Assembly: GCA_937625935.1 (NCBI GenBank)
Contig: OW569386.1
Location: forward strand, 1 to 64,000
DNA from: Tetramitus jugosus
Lineage: Eukaryota > Protista > Heterolobosea
Length of the DNA stretch: 64,000 nt
Reading direction: 5' to 3'
Shown: piece after piece, positions 31,620 to 43,867 of the stretch
How the letters are laid out: each line of letters begins with the position of its first letter
Position numbering within the stretch: position 1 is the first letter of the stretch
Translations under genes and position numbers: made by a program
Notes under the pieces: model-generated
Told to the model about the DNA's origin: nothing
The model's database searches: none
Seen by the model: the letters and a program-made list of their open reading frames with translations, nothing else

Positions 31620-32627
31620 ATGATTGGCAGACTCAGCCGGGATGAACTCGCACAGGTTTTGCTTTTTCTGCCATTGTCTCATGTGTGCCAAAATGCTCAA
31701 GTCAATACCACTGCTTACGACTACATCATATCCAATCAACACTTGTGGAGGGAGCTTCTCTGGCGAGACTTCTCTGACATTATCGGACCATTGCAGCAAG
31801 GATCGAGTGGAGAGGTATTCTCATCGTCTGGTTCCGAGATGGGTCAAAATTGCTGTGAGGAAATGAAGAGTTACATGTGCTGCTACAACAGATATTATCT
31901 ATTTCCTTTCGATCGAGTTAGCTCCAGGTTCAAGTATGTCCAAGAGTCAAAACACGCATTCTCAAAGATCTTGTTCGGTGTGGCTAACAGCACACTGAAT
32001 CTACCCGTGATGGAGATTTTCAGGAAGAAACAACTCGTTATACAAGATGACGTACCGTACGACGAGTCGGCAATCAATTTGTATCTGGTTGCACAGACAC
32101 ACGCCAAGGTGCGTCCGTACTTGACACTTCAACTGCGAATGATGACCCAAGGACCAGATCGACTTCGAAGCGATATTATGGGTTTCTATTATGAAGCTCA
32201 ATGCTTGGTGATCACAGTCGACACGAGGCACGCATGGAATGATGGTTATTCCCCTAATCATCGATGTGGTAATTACTCTAATTCTTTGTCGAGAGCCGTG
32301 GATGCACTATGGGAGAGTAAATCATACTTGAAACTTGAACCACCCAAGGCCTGCAAAGGTGTATTGATTGTTGGTGTTGGTGTTTGGTTAGAAGCTGCAC
32401 CTATTTCAAAACAGAGATTCCTCAATGATTGTGCTCTAGCGTTCGATGCTTTGCCTTTGGAATATTTTGAGGTGACCTGTGATAACGCAGCAGTTATGAA
32501 ATATATTTTGTTGAGACGCTTTTACACATGTCATCGACAGGCTACTCTTGAGGACGATACATTAGTAAAGAATCAACCAAAGAGGCTGCCAGAAGAGGTT
32601 CCAAAAACAAGATGCATCTTGAGTTGA
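31620..32627 (+). CDS. F-box plus degenerate Ras-superfamily GTPase domain plus CaaX
   Basis: LSRDELAQVLLFLP..LWRELLWRDF; LQLRMMTQGPDRLRS...YYEAQCLVITVD resembles the G3/switch II region; ends CILS. Confidence 0.65.
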   Translation: MIGRLSRDELAQVLLFLPLSHVCQNAQVNTTAYDYIISNQHLWRELLWRDFSDIIGPLQQGSSGEVFSSSGSEMGQNCCEEMKSYMCCYNRYYLFPFDRVSSRFKYVQESKHAFSKILFGVANSTLNLPVMEIFRKKQLVIQDDVPYDESAINLYLVAQTHAKVRPYLTLQLRMMTQGPDRLRSDIMGFYYEAQCLVITVDTRHAWNDGYSPNHRCGNYSNSLSRAVDALWESKSYLKLEPPKACKGVLIVGVGVWLEAAPISKQRFLNDCALAFDALPLEYFEVTCDNAAVMKYILLRRFYTCHRQATLEDDTLVKNQPKRLPEEVPKTRCILS

Positions 32628-32956
32628 GTTGTGGCCACTTCTCGGACTACTACATAGCTAAATGAGGGCATTTTAGGGAATACACGCAGATTATGCAGTT
32701 GTTGAGTACGATCGAGATAGCCAACTCTGCTTGGCGCAGATGTGAGGATGATCAACGAAATTGTTTCCCAAGATCACAAAGAGTTGCCATAAGGTCTCCA
32801 GGAGAAAGCGAATAAATTTCTCCAGTGTTGAAACTAAAATTCTCCTTGTATAATTATGAATCTGGTTGTTTGAATCGACGTCGATATACAATCTGGAAAT
32901 GGATCCAACAAACTGACCAGCAACTCACGAAAAAAAAGCGAAGACAACACACATAC

Positions 32957-35410
32957 ATGATGGCAAAGAACAAGAGTTCTGTAGTGGAGAAGAACAGTCA
33001 TAAATCAAACAAAAAACAAAAAGCGACAGATCAAGATCAAGCAGGCCAAAACAACCAGAGTAAGCATCACAAGAAGAAGAATGAAGCCAAGAAACACAAG
33101 TCCAACTCAAGCACTTCTGGGAATGCATCGTCGAGTGGTTTGATGGTTCGTGTCAACCACAGAGGCATCACTTCAAGGGAATTTTCAGATACTCTGGAAA
33201 CCAAACTTGCGCACCATAGACAGTCAATCAGACATTTGTTGAGATACAATAACAGCACTGCACCAGCAGCTGACGGTGGTAGTTATCGAAAGACACATGT
33301 TGTGATTCATGCGCAGAACAATCATTTGACTGATGACGTGTTCCCTGCTCTGGCCAAGGGAATTCAAGCCTATGTTGACTTGGTGTCCTCACTGCTGCAG
33401 CATACGCGATCGACCAAGCAGAGGATGACTCAGTTTGAATTGAACTTTTCTGGTAATGAATTAAGTGGTGTGAATATTCAGGATTTGTTGGAAGTTGCGC
33501 TCTCCGTGGCTCAAATATCACTCGTCAACTTTACGAGTTTCAATCTGAGTTGGAATCCTATTGCCGATGAAACAGTGATGAAAAAACTGGGACGATTCGT
33601 TTCTGAAATGAACTTTCACAATTATGAGGATAAGGCAGAGAAGAGACGACAGAAACATAGCGATCATCGAAAGTCAGAACAGACGATAGACAATTCCAAG
33701 CATTCGCCCAGGAAGTTTCAAGAGAATTGTATAAAGTTGTTCAGTTTGGCGAGGACTGGTCTCGATTCAACAACGCTAGCAACATTTTGCAACGCAAGTC
33801 AAGCCTTTAGATGCATTACTACTCTTCTGTTGTATCAGAATAAGATAACATCTCCCGGTACCTCGATAATCACCTCTGAGCCAAGTGATGGCCTGATTGC
33901 TCTCCAACGCATGCTAGTGGACCCAAGATGTACGTTGACGGAGCTTAATTTGGCAGAGAACTCGATTGGAGACATGGGCGCCTATAGTATTGCATCTGCG
34001 CTTAGAAATAATAAGAGTCTTAAGATATTGAACTTGAGACAGAATGAAATCGAGTTAGTTGGTATTAGACACATTTGTCACGCATTGTTGGAAAATAACA
34101 CTTTGGAGTCAATTGATTTATCATCGAATAATTATGTCGTAGGAAATGACTCACAAGAGGAATCGATTTGGAGCAAGCACGATGAAGGTTTGATCGCATT
34201 GAGTCATGTTCTATCCAAAAATCACAGCCTAAAATCTCTGTCAATCTCACAACAATCTCTGACAGAGATAGATATTATTCAGTTCGAACAATTTAACTTT
34301 GATTGTAAAAACTGGGGCTACTATTTCCTGTTTGAGAGTTTAAAGGCCAACAGAACGCTCACTCACTTGGACCTTCGAGGAAATGAAAGATTAACGGATC
34401 AATCCATGTACCAGTTGTATTCTATTCTATGTAGGTACAATACAACTCTTAAGAGTATATATCTTTCGAATTTGCAAGATACCGTTCAACAGACAGTCGG
34501 TATGATCAAGGCTGAGTTGAATCACAGGGGTTGTAATGAATTCGTGGATAATAACGAAAATCGTTCCGAAGTACAAGAGTTCAAGCAGGTGAAGCTAACA
34601 GAGAAATCAAAGTTGTCTGAGAAGGACATGATGAATCTCATTGCTGGACAGTCAATTGTGCCAATTACTAGACCTCGAAGTGCTAGCCAATCATCAATTG
34701 GAGCTCTAGATTTGTTGCCTATCGAATTACTGCTTGAGCTATGTTCTTATTTATCTATTCGAGATATCTTAACGATCGAGTTTGTCAATCAAGGTTTTAA
34801 TCGCTTACTGAGAAAATCGGACTTTATATGGAGGAAACAACTCAGTTATTATCCTAATCTATCTTCATATTGCAACGCTATCGAGCAACCATTCCGAAAG
34901 AAGGTGCAATATGCCCTAACAGTCGCCAGAGGCTCTGTTCTCTCGAAAATTTCGACATCCAAAAGTAATGCAATACCTTCAGACCATTCGTTTAAATATT
35001 TGATGAAATCACATCCTAATATCGAATCCAGGTTCAGAGTCAACGATCTTCGAATTTTGTCCTTGCCTAGAGCTACACATCACACGAAACTGTCTACAGC
35101 TCTTTATTCCCACCAATATGGAGTACTTGCTGTTCTTGAACAGTCACATACCCTAAGCTCCCTTCGAATGCACAATGATATTCCTTATCGGGGTACAAGT
35201 GTCATATTTGATTCCTGTTCACAACAGTCGAACAAATCTCATTCTGTCAGCCTGATCACAGAAGGAGAGAATATCATCGTGACGGTGACAAGTCAAGAAC
35301 ATGACCAATATCAATTCCTCATTTCACAGCACTTGTGGGAAAGAGAATGGATTCGTCGAATAGGGTTATCCCGATTCCATGCGAGCAGGAGCGGTTCTTG
35401 GTACCCGTAA
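32957..35410 (+). CDS. RNI-like LRR protein with F-box
   Basis: LTELNLAENSIGDMGA, LKILNLRQNEI repeats; LDLLPIELLLELCSYL. Confidence 0.8.
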   Translation: MMAKNKSSVVEKNSHKSNKKQKATDQDQAGQNNQSKHHKKKNEAKKHKSNSSTSGNASSSGLMVRVNHRGITSREFSDTLETKLAHHRQSIRHLLRYNNSTAPAADGGSYRKTHVVIHAQNNHLTDDVFPALAKGIQAYVDLVSSLLQHTRSTKQRMTQFELNFSGNELSGVNIQDLLEVALSVAQISLVNFTSFNLSWNPIADETVMKKLGRFVSEMNFHNYEDKAEKRRQKHSDHRKSEQTIDNSKHSPRKFQENCIKLFSLARTGLDSTTLATFCNASQAFRCITTLLLYQNKITSPGTSIITSEPSDGLIALQRMLVDPRCTLTELNLAENSIGDMGAYSIASALRNNKSLKILNLRQNEIELVGIRHICHALLENNTLESIDLSSNNYVVGNDSQEESIWSKHDEGLIALSHVLSKNHSLKSLSISQQSLTEIDIIQFEQFNFDCKNWGYYFLFESLKANRTLTHLDLRGNERLTDQSMYQLYSILCRYNTTLKSIYLSNLQDTVQQTVGMIKAELNHRGCNEFVDNNENRSEVQEFKQVKLTEKSKLSEKDMMNLIAGQSIVPITRPRSASQSSIGALDLLPIELLLELCSYLSIRDILTIEFVNQGFNRLLRKSDFIWRKQLSYYPNLSSYCNAIEQPFRKKVQYALTVARGSVLSKISTSKSNAIPSDHSFKYLMKSHPNIESRFRVNDLRILSLPRATHHTKLSTALYSHQYGVLAVLEQSHTLSSLRMHNDIPYRGTSVIFDSCSQQSNKSHSVSLITEGENIIVTVTSQEHDQYQFLISQHLWEREWIRRIGLSRFHASRSGSWYP

Positions 35411-35543
35411 GTGTCGTTGTAAGATATAGTCAAGGAGAAACTATTGTCTGTAATGAATAAAAGAATATCAGACCGCGACAGAGTTATTGCGCCTGATAAC
35501 TACGGCAAACAGAAAACGAACAACAAGCAAGAAATACAAAAAA

Positions 35544-37088
35544 ATGAAACTGGACATACCAAAGGAAAACATTAAAGTTTTCATCAACCTGCTCACTTGT
35601 CTCTCCAAAATCAGTGAACAAGTTGATTGTATCATTCGACCCAGACCCACAAAAACAAAAGTTGATGAAGAAGACATCACAAGCATCAACGCAATCAACA
35701 ACACTACAGCTCCAATCATTCTCAAGCTCTATAGTGTCAATTCAGTACAATCAGCTTTTATAGAATTCAATCTAACCTCTGATTTCTTTGTGCTCGTAGA
35801 TGACAATGATGATGAAATTGATACACTCAATCATTTTCATATGGTTTTACCTTTGAAGGTTCTATTGCACATGATAAAATCAAGCACACCTGGTTCTTCT
35901 TCCCATTTCTTTGCTGATGAACTGCATCTTCAAGTGATATCCAACCAAAACAATACGAACGTATCGTCATCGAACGACATGTGCAGTGTCATTGTTCATT
36001 GGCGCAACGAAAAGTATCAATTTAGTAAAACAGTGAAGCTAAGAGCTCATGTAATGGAGAGGCAAATTGCTACTTTTGATCAAAGTGTGTATTCCATGGT
36101 TCTCAAAGATGCTAAACAAATTTGGTACAACAGTTTGAATCAGTTCCTCTCGTCGTCGTCTTCCAAGGATGACAATAGTGAAGTATCCTGTTGCATCGAC
36201 GAGCTAGAACAAGATAGCTCTAGTGGAGTGAAGTTCTATAACCTTCGTTTGCAGTCATACTCAAGTGTTGATCAATCTTCGAAGGGGAAGAAGAAGAAGA
36301 ACCAAATTGTAACTAGAATGAGTGTAGGACTAGAGAATTTTAATGAGTGTCTGTTGAGAGAACGAACAAAAGAACCCGATTTCGATATGGCCACGATTTC
36401 AGATGATGGTGCAACAATTGTGGCACCATCTACTGGCGCCAATAGTGGAACAAAGCCCATATTGGAAATGACATTCAACTTGAAGGATTGCAAGTCGTTT
36501 GTTCAGTTTTGTCAATCTTCCGCTCAACCATTGTACATTCACTTGGCTGAGCAAGGACATCCTATATTGTTCAAATCCAATGCAGAGCAGAATAGATGTG
36601 ACATTCAAGCTGTTTGTCTATTGGCCACGTTGGATATGGGTCAAAGGAACCACTCTACACCTACAATGACTCCATCGATTCCTTCTTCGCTAGAGAACCA
36701 AGGATCCTTAAGTTCACATACTCAAGCCAAGCGGTCATTTAGAGTTATCTCACAAAGAACACCTGAACCAGAAGAGAATGCAGCAATGGACTCTACTCGT
36801 GTATCCATTCGTAATCCATTTCGTAGAAGTCTCTCTGAACGTAGCCATAGATTGTACTTGAGTCCTTCCTCTCCATCACCCGTAGAAGAAGAAGAAGAAC
36901 CAGTTTACAATCATCGATTGGTTGTATCCGTTAGCCGTTCCTCACAATTAGATTTGTTCCAATCACCAACACCACCTAGAGAAACTCCCGTTAGCCGTTG
37001 TGCAGATGACGATAGTGCCACCGCACCAGTATCTCAAAACGATGCATACCCAGCACAAGTTCCCACCAAGAGACCCAGATACTCTTGA
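35544..37088 (+). CDS. RAD9: RAD9 checkpoint clamp subunit (9-1-1)
   Basis: IKVF...LTCLSKISE, VNSVQSAF..F...FF, TFNLKD.KSFVQF, GHPILF, LLATL; disordered tail. Confidence 0.82.
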   Translation: MKLDIPKENIKVFINLLTCLSKISEQVDCIIRPRPTKTKVDEEDITSINAINNTTAPIILKLYSVNSVQSAFIEFNLTSDFFVLVDDNDDEIDTLNHFHMVLPLKVLLHMIKSSTPGSSSHFFADELHLQVISNQNNTNVSSSNDMCSVIVHWRNEKYQFSKTVKLRAHVMERQIATFDQSVYSMVLKDAKQIWYNSLNQFLSSSSSKDDNSEVSCCIDELEQDSSSGVKFYNLRLQSYSSVDQSSKGKKKKNQIVTRMSVGLENFNECLLRERTKEPDFDMATISDDGATIVAPSTGANSGTKPILEMTFNLKDCKSFVQFCQSSAQPLYIHLAEQGHPILFKSNAEQNRCDIQAVCLLATLDMGQRNHSTPTMTPSIPSSLENQGSLSSHTQAKRSFRVISQRTPEPEENAAMDSTRVSIRNPFRRSLSERSHRLYLSPSSPSPVEEEEEPVYNHRLVVSVSRSSQLDLFQSPTPPRETPVSRCADDDSATAPVSQNDAYPAQVPTKRPRYS

Positions 37089-37287
37089 CCAACCAATCAT
37101 TTTCCCGTTCAAGAATGAACTCTTATCAAAGTTCCAATCGCAACGGAAGTTGGCCGGATTTTTTTCTCTTGTCCGATACAAAAGAAGCGCGATTTGCCCA
37201 AGGGAAAATTCTCGAAAACACAAACCAACAAAGAAGAAAGAAAACACATCAATCGCAATTCTGTCATCCTATCACCAACTACACAAC

Positions 37288-38179
37288 ATGCAAACATTAT
37301 TTTCATTGCTAGGTATCGTCTTGGTAGTCTCACTCATCCTATCATTCCTTCTCAGAGGAAAGCAAGTGCAACAATCTGTACGAGAGCTATTGAACATCTC
37401 AAAACAGCGTGTAAAGAAGCTTTTGAGTGAATTTAGAAGAAAAACTTTCCATCTTGTTGGATTGCTCGTACCAGGAATCTACTATTTTGGCCTAAAGTTC
37501 AATTTCTTGTCCAAGTTTAACGCTTGTGGCATTGTTGGTGTCTTGGGATTCAGTTCTCTGTTTGTTGATGTATGTTGTGATTGTTGTTTTTTTTTGTCAT
37601 TCGTGTAAAGCAGAGAGAGAAAGCTTTCTCACACCTTGTGTGTGATTTTTTTTTGTTTGATCAACAATGTGGATGATGATGCACTATCACTTTGCATCCC
37701 ATTAGATTTTGAGATTGAACTCGAAAAAGTTTAATGAAATTTTCTTGACTTATATGGGTCATATCATGAGAAAGAAGGAGAGTGATCGTGTCAATGGAAG
37801 TACCTACTATCTCTTGGGCTGTTTCTTCACCATGGTTCTCTTCAATCCAACCATTGCGATTGTCGCGTTGCTCTTTTTGGATTTGGGTGATTTGGCTGCT
37901 GCAATGGTCGGTATCTCATTTGGAAGAACAAAGATTTATCACGGAAAGAGCTTGGAAGGATGTATTGCGTGCTTTGTTGTGTGCGTTGTGATTGGATTAT
38001 CTGTTTTCTCGCACAATATTCGCCTCTACGAGTACATTACAGTGTTTGGTGCATTGGCAGCGACTTTGACTGAATTGTTCTTGGATCAAATCAATGATAA
38101 CCTAACGATCCCTCTCATTTCAGGTCTTGTGATGACATTGGCACAATGGAGATTGAACGTCGAGATTCCATTGCCTTAA
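37288..38179 (+). CDS. CTP-dependent diacylglycerol/phytol/dolichol kinase family (DGK1-like), 2 exons
   Basis: EFRRKTFH, GDLAAAMVG..FG, KSLEG, DNLTIP; intron 37570-37705. Confidence 0.85.
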
Positions 38180-38265
38180 TCGACGACAAACGCAAAATTT
38201 TGTAAATTATAAAAGAATAGTTAAAGGAACAGCGTGCTGCAACTCTTGTAGTTGTGTTTTTGATT

Positions 38266-41200
38266 TTATGGATGATCTTCGAATTCAATGAGAACATGCG
38301 AAACAGAGTAAAACTTGTCCGATCCATTCTCGACACTGTAGCAGCTCACATGACAATCGATGGCAGGAGGACCCGCGCTTATATTCTCTATTCCTAGCTC
38401 GCTCTCTTCAAAACTGGATGCTGTTGTTTGTTGTGCGGGGTTGGATGACTGAACAGGCCACAGCTTGGCTCTTCCCGCAAAAAACTTTGACTTGCCAGCT
38501 AGAACTTGTTCCAGTTCGGGTTGGCTATAAGAGGAAGACATGATTTGCCCAAAGTGTAACAAATTGGAATATGATCCTTCCATGTCATTATTCACATCGA
38601 CATTGTAAATCTGAGACATGTCCTCCAAGTTTGCCGTTTTGGAATATTGTTGTGATCGCTGCACATTGAAACAGTTTAAGAAACTGTCAGAGGCAGAGTA
38701 CAGCAGTCCATCCATTCTCCACACAGCAATGCACAGAACACTCTTTGTTCGTTGTGACTTGTTTCCAAGCGTAATGCTTGATCCTCCACCTATTTCTCCT
38801 CCAGGAGCACTCTGTTGAGCAGAGTCAAACGATGACATTGCCATGTCGTTCGCCTCATAATCGTTACTACCACTGCCAGTCACATGATCACTCGTCTGAC
38901 TCGCAACCAGTGACAAGGATCTCTCGCGCGACAATCTTTGCTCTGTTTCCTCTGGACTCTCCTCTTCGAACACCTTTGTGAAATAATCGTCAATAAAGTT
39001 GAATTGGAAGTCAGATAGTTCAACATTGGGCGCCAGACGAACAACTTCTTCCTCGTCATCGTCATCACCATTAACAACACTGTTGCTTTGTTGGTTGTTC
39101 GTAAACGAGGTAGAGGGTGATCCTGAGGTCGATGCAGTTGCTGGTGACCGAGTACTGATCCAATCAACAGGATCAGGCGATGGAGAAAAAGCATGTGCCG
39201 GCGATTGAACAAACAAACTTTGACTCCTACCACCACTACTACCACTGTTCATCACATTCGTTGATGATAACGATGATGATGACAATGCGTGGTGATGATG
39301 AGCATGAAAATGCTGATTAAACTTTTTATCATCATTGCTCTCTTCATCGTCATACATGGACTCTTGATTCATCATTTCATTATCCATCGATGATCTCATC
39401 ATTGCAGAAGCAACAGCGGAATCATTCGATGAATGATGAGAGGAAGTTGACGACGATGATGGTTGATGAATCAGAGAAGTGGTCATGTTGGTTGTTGGTG
39501 CAGCATGCTGATGATGATGATGCTGTTGATGATGATGTGAAAGATGAGAATGTTGATGACTATTGGGCATCATGTGGAAATAGGATGGAAGAGTCGATGG
39601 TAACGAACTAGATAAATAATTAGTATTGCTATTGTTATTATTGTTATTATTGTTGTTGTTGTTGCGCAGTGACGACAACGGTAAATTAATCAAGTGTTGT
39701 TGTTGACTCGTGTTCTGTACTAGTTGTTGATGTTGTGGTTGCAGTGGTTTGAACATGTTGGAAGGAGAAACTGAAGTGGAGACAGAAGGAGAAACATTAG
39801 ATGATGGTGGCATGGATGACATGGATGCAGTTGTATGAGTAGTTGCAGTAGTAGACAACTCTCCAACACTATGACTCGATAGCGAATATGGTGGTGGTTG
39901 TTGTTGTTGTTGTTGTGAGATTCCACCAAACAATGATCGCTGTTGTTGTTGTTGTTGTTGTAAGAGGGGTGATGGTTGTAGTTGCTGTGATTGGTGATTA
40001 AGAGGAGGAGGCATCATGAGTGATGGTGAAGTCCGATAGAGATTGGGTGTAGGAGTAGGAGGAAGCGGAGGAATAGAGTGGTGGTGGGTGTGATGAGGGT
40101 GATGATGTGATTGAGAAGCAGTTTGTTGTAATTGTTGAACAACGTTGAGCAGTGTTTGATGCTGTGCAGCCAATGTGTTCAACAATGGGATATAGTGTTG
40201 AGCAAGAAGTATTTGTTGTTGTTGTGGATCACTTGATATCATATTAGTATTATTGGTATGATTAGTAGCAGTAGTCGTGCTATTCGGTATACTGCTACTA
40301 CGCGTACGATTTACATCATTGAGAGAGACACCAGTGATTGATGTTGCACTTGGTGTTGTCGTCGTTGTAAAATAGGAAGAGTTTGGATTGTTGTTAGCTG
40401 TTGTTGCTGTGGTTACTACTCCAGTGTTCAACTGTGACCGACTCGATGGATGCGTAATCAAAAAACTATTACTGCTATTACTATTACCACTACCACTACT
40501 ATTATTATTACTGCTGTTGCTATTCGTATGATTGTTACTCGTTGTTCCACTACTTCCTCCCACTGCTACTCCACTCGCTGCTGTTGATAATGACAGTGAT
40601 GATGATGATGATGAGGATGATGAGGATGGTGGAGGTGGTGATGCTTGTTGTGGCATATTCTTTTTTGCATTTTTTCTCGCAACATCAACACAAGTGGACT
40701 CTAATCCGTGTTGAACACATCGTTTGCATGGTCTTTCGTTTCCACATGCAGCATGAGCGACTCTGCAATTGACACATGCCTTCTTCACTTGTCTTCTCTT
40801 CTTTTTCGGTTGTGTCAATGAATCTGATTCCTCTACATTATTATTATTATTACTAGTATTACTATTGTTCTTATCATCATCATCATCATCATTCTCATTC
40901 TCATAGCTCATTGCATTTTCTTCTCTGTGTCTCACGTTTTTTCGAGCAGCAACAACAACAACATTTGCAGTACTTTTTGAAAAGTTGGTATTGCTCGTAT
41001 TGGATGGTTGTTGTTGTTGCTGTTGTTGCTGTTGTTGAATCGTCGGAGCAAAATAGAGATTTGAAAATTGTTGATTCAGGAATGGTGATGAGGAGAGTGG
41101 TGATGGTGATGATAAAAATGGTTGTTGTTGTTGTTGTTGTTGTGGTTGTTGAAATGATTCGAAATGAGAGCGAAATGGACTGGTTTGATCCATATTGCTG

Positions 41201-41283
41201 TTGCTGTTGGTGCTGTTTGATGATACGGCATTGCTTTTGTGTTGGTCAGGTGGTAGTGTTGGGCTCGCATTGTTGGTTGACAT
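38266..41283 (-). CDS. Zn(II)2Cys6 transcription factor (ERT1/AcuK-like) with low-complexity tracts
   Basis: KKACVNCRVAHAACGNERPCKRCVQHGLESTCVD; poly-Q/N/H/S; PAS-like C-terminus. Confidence 0.85.
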   Translation of the reverse strand: MSTNNASPTLPPDQHKSNAVSSNSTNSNSNMDQTSPFRSHFESFQQPQQQQQQQPFLSSPSPLSSSPFLNQQFSNLYFAPTIQQQQQQQQQQPSNTSNTNFSKSTANVVVVAARKNVRHREENAMSYENENDDDDDDKNNSNTSNNNNNVEESDSLTQPKKKRRQVKKACVNCRVAHAACGNERPCKRCVQHGLESTCVDVARKNAKKNMPQQASPPPPSSSSSSSSSSLSLSTAASGVAVGGSSGTTSNNHTNSNSSNNNSSGSGNSNSSNSFLITHPSSRSQLNTGVVTTATTANNNPNSSYFTTTTTPSATSITGVSLNDVNRTRSSSIPNSTTTATNHTNNTNMISSDPQQQQILLAQHYIPLLNTLAAQHQTLLNVVQQLQQTASQSHHHPHHTHHHSIPPLPPTPTPNLYRTSPSLMMPPPLNHQSQQLQPSPLLQQQQQQQRSLFGGISQQQQQQPPPYSLSSHSVGELSTTATTHTTASMSSMPPSSNVSPSVSTSVSPSNMFKPLQPQHQQLVQNTSQQQHLINLPLSSLRNNNNNNNNNNNSNTNYLSSSLPSTLPSYFHMMPNSHQHSHLSHHHQQHHHHQHAAPTTNMTTSLIHQPSSSSTSSHHSSNDSAVASAMMRSSMDNEMMNQESMYDDEESNDDKKFNQHFHAHHHHALSSSSLSSTNVMNSGSSGGRSQSLFVQSPAHAFSPSPDPVDWISTRSPATASTSGSPSTSFTNNQQSNSVVNGDDDDEEEVVRLAPNVELSDFQFNFIDDYFTKVFEEESPEETEQRLSRERSLSLVASQTSDHVTGSGSNDYEANDMAMSSFDSAQQSAPGGEIGGGSSITLGNKSQRTKSVLCIAVWRMDGLLYSASDSFLNCFNVQRSQQYSKTANLEDMSQIYNVDVNNDMEGSYSNLLHFGQIMSSSYSQPELEQVLAGKSKFFAGRAKLWPVQSSNPAQQTTASSFEESELGIENISAGPPAIDCHVSCYSVENGSDKFYSVSHVLIEFEDHP

Positions 41284-41950
41284 TGTCAAAGAATCACATG
41301 CACTTTCAAATGTTCTTCAAGCTTGAAACAAATGAGAAACGTTTGAGTGTGAGGAGGGGGTGTTGTTGTTGTTGTTTGTTGTAGTTTGTTGTTGGTGTTG
41401 ACCTCTTTGAAATCCTGATGTTTTATGTTGCTTGTTTGTTTTTTCTTCTGTCGCCGATTGCAAAAAATGCTCTTGCAAAATGTAAAGTTCGTTGGTGGTT
41501 GGTGATGTGTGTAGTTGGCTGTGTGTCAGAGAACTGGAGAGCTTTTTCCACACAAACGTTGAATAGATTGGGAGATAAATCAATTTGCCCTTGCGAGAAA
41601 TGTGTCGTTTTTTTGCTGTTGTCTTTGAGTTCAGAATGGAAAACTGCTTTTCCCCTCTATCCTTTGACGATGCCCTCCTTTACGTATTGGAAAATAGAAG
41701 ACAGTTTTTTCCGCATCCGATTTGGAACATGAGCGGAGAAACAGTTAAACGGAGTGAAGTTCAATCAGAAAGTTGACCGCATTACAAAGTCGACTGGAGC
41801 GAAAATTGTTCGAGAAGAGACACGAACGAAAATCGCAACGCCGCAAGCAAAAAACTTTATTCAACTAAGAATTTGATTTTTTCGTGTGAATTTTGATCGA
41901 TTCTCATCTCCTGTGACGACTTTTCAACCACCCAATCAATATTTGAAACA

Positions 41951-43774
41951 ATGTCCCAAACTGAACCCGGTAGTCCAACTTCTAGCAAGAAGAGACAGAA
42001 GAACTTTCATATGATTGAGCTTGATTGGGCTCATCAATTCATTTCTGCAGAGTAAGTTCATTGACTTCTTCACAAATCGTTCTGGCAACCAAAATATTTG
42101 TCTTTTCAACCACGCGCTGCAAAGTTGACAGAGGAGGAGAACTCTGCACAGTATTGTTTCGGGAGACACATTGTGTGGAGCTCAACAATTTTTGGACCGA
42201 GTTGTGTGTGGTAGAAGAGCGTTGATCAATTGGAGGCGTTTCCTGACTTTAGTCTCACTCACTCATTACTTGTTTTATTTTCCGTTTTTAGCTCAATATC
42301 AAATGATTTGGCAAAGAAGGACGCCGATGTGAAAATTATGGTTACTTCTCGTCGTATTAAGAATCAGGAAAATTCTCCATCTGATATTTTGTTCAGAACG
42401 CATCATTATGAGGTATGTGTCGCCATCCATCGACAGACATTATGAGGTCTAAGTCCACTTTCCATGGAATATTTGCAAAATGCTCATAATTTTTTTTCTG
42501 CTGTATTTTAGTTTACAATGGAGCCAAATGAAGCCTTCTTCAAGTCATGTGGTGGAAGGAATCAAAGATTTATCGTAGAGCTTAGACTCATTAAGAACAT
42601 GGTGCATCTGAAACGAAAGCATCCAGAGGAAGCCGTCTCTCAGTCCATGTCCCAGGATGCGCCTGGAAGCAGTCCACCAACTGAACCGTTTACTCCCACA
42701 CCTACATCCGGTGGACCTGGTACTGCCATATTCTCCAATGGTGACGAAGAGGATCAAGACTCACCTCCACTGAAGCGAGCTAGAGTAGCTCCCAAAATTG
42801 TACCAAAGTCCGTGAAGCACTACATGGAACAACAAAAGAGTCAACACCAACAATTTGCTTCGCCATCATCTCCCAACCGAACTGCGTCATCCTCCTCCTT
42901 GCCAATGACTCCACCAGGCACACCTCTATCCCAATCTCAAGCTCAGTCGTCACAAAGCTCTGACGATAAGCTCGTAGTGAGCAACAACTCATCTACATCT
43001 ACACCACCGTTGACTCCGTCCGTCCCGGTGTCCTCTCCAACACCCAAATTAGAGTTTGAAGATTTATTGCACAGTGAGAATGATCGGTATTTTGTGTTGC
43101 GAACAACAGATAATGACGAATTTAGAGAGTTTGTAGAGAATGATGTTCCCGTTATTACCTATACGTTTACTGAGGATTTGGTAACGGGCAAGTGGCTACT
43201 TAATCTCATTTGGCCAACAGAAAAGAGACCACTGAGCTGGAGAGGAAAGTTCTGTTTCCATCTCAGCATCTTCCGACGTGATGGCTTCCATGTGTATAAT
43301 CATATAATGAGCAAGATGTCTAGCCAATTCAGTATCTTCTCTAAACCAGATGTCTACCTGAAGAAAATTAGAAATTCAAGCTCCAAGTCGCCCAATGTAT
43401 CGCCCTCTCCAGTTAAATCTGCACGGCAATCTACGTCTGTCGCTTCCAAGCGCAATCGGTCACAGTCCGAGGTACTCTCAAGCGGACATATTGAAAATAC
43501 TTTGTTCCTACCGGGAGCTGACTTGAAGTCACTCCAGGCAGCTCTGGCTATGCCAATGTCATTCCCCATGTTGCCACCATTCAATATGTCGATATTAGGA
43601 GGATCGACACCATTGAACCTGATGCCACCGCTAAACTCACAAGAGATGAATCGTGTATCACCATCCTCACAACAATCACAGTCTGAATCCTCCACATCTT
43701 CTGCACCGGAAGGAGGTTCTGAAAACACCTCCAACTCTCAGCAACAAACTCAATGGAAGCCCAAGGAAGAATAG
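41951..43774 (+). CDS. Hypothetical protein, 3 exons, Pro/Ser-rich with NLS-like motifs
   Basis: Introns 42052-42291 and 42413-42511 (GT-AG) give one continuous frame from MSQTEP. Confidence 0.65.
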
Positions 43775-43867
43775 CTCTGGCATCATAAAAATGGCCTTGA
43801 TTCGTCTTTTGTATAAAAAACAATACAAAAAATCTTGGACAGCGTCATTTATAGAAACAGACAAAGA

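Noticed and set aside
38880-41400. Trinucleotide tracts and shadow ORFs (also 61789-63159)
   Set aside because: They encode poly-Q/N/S/H/T in real proteins; the antisense ORFs are by-products.
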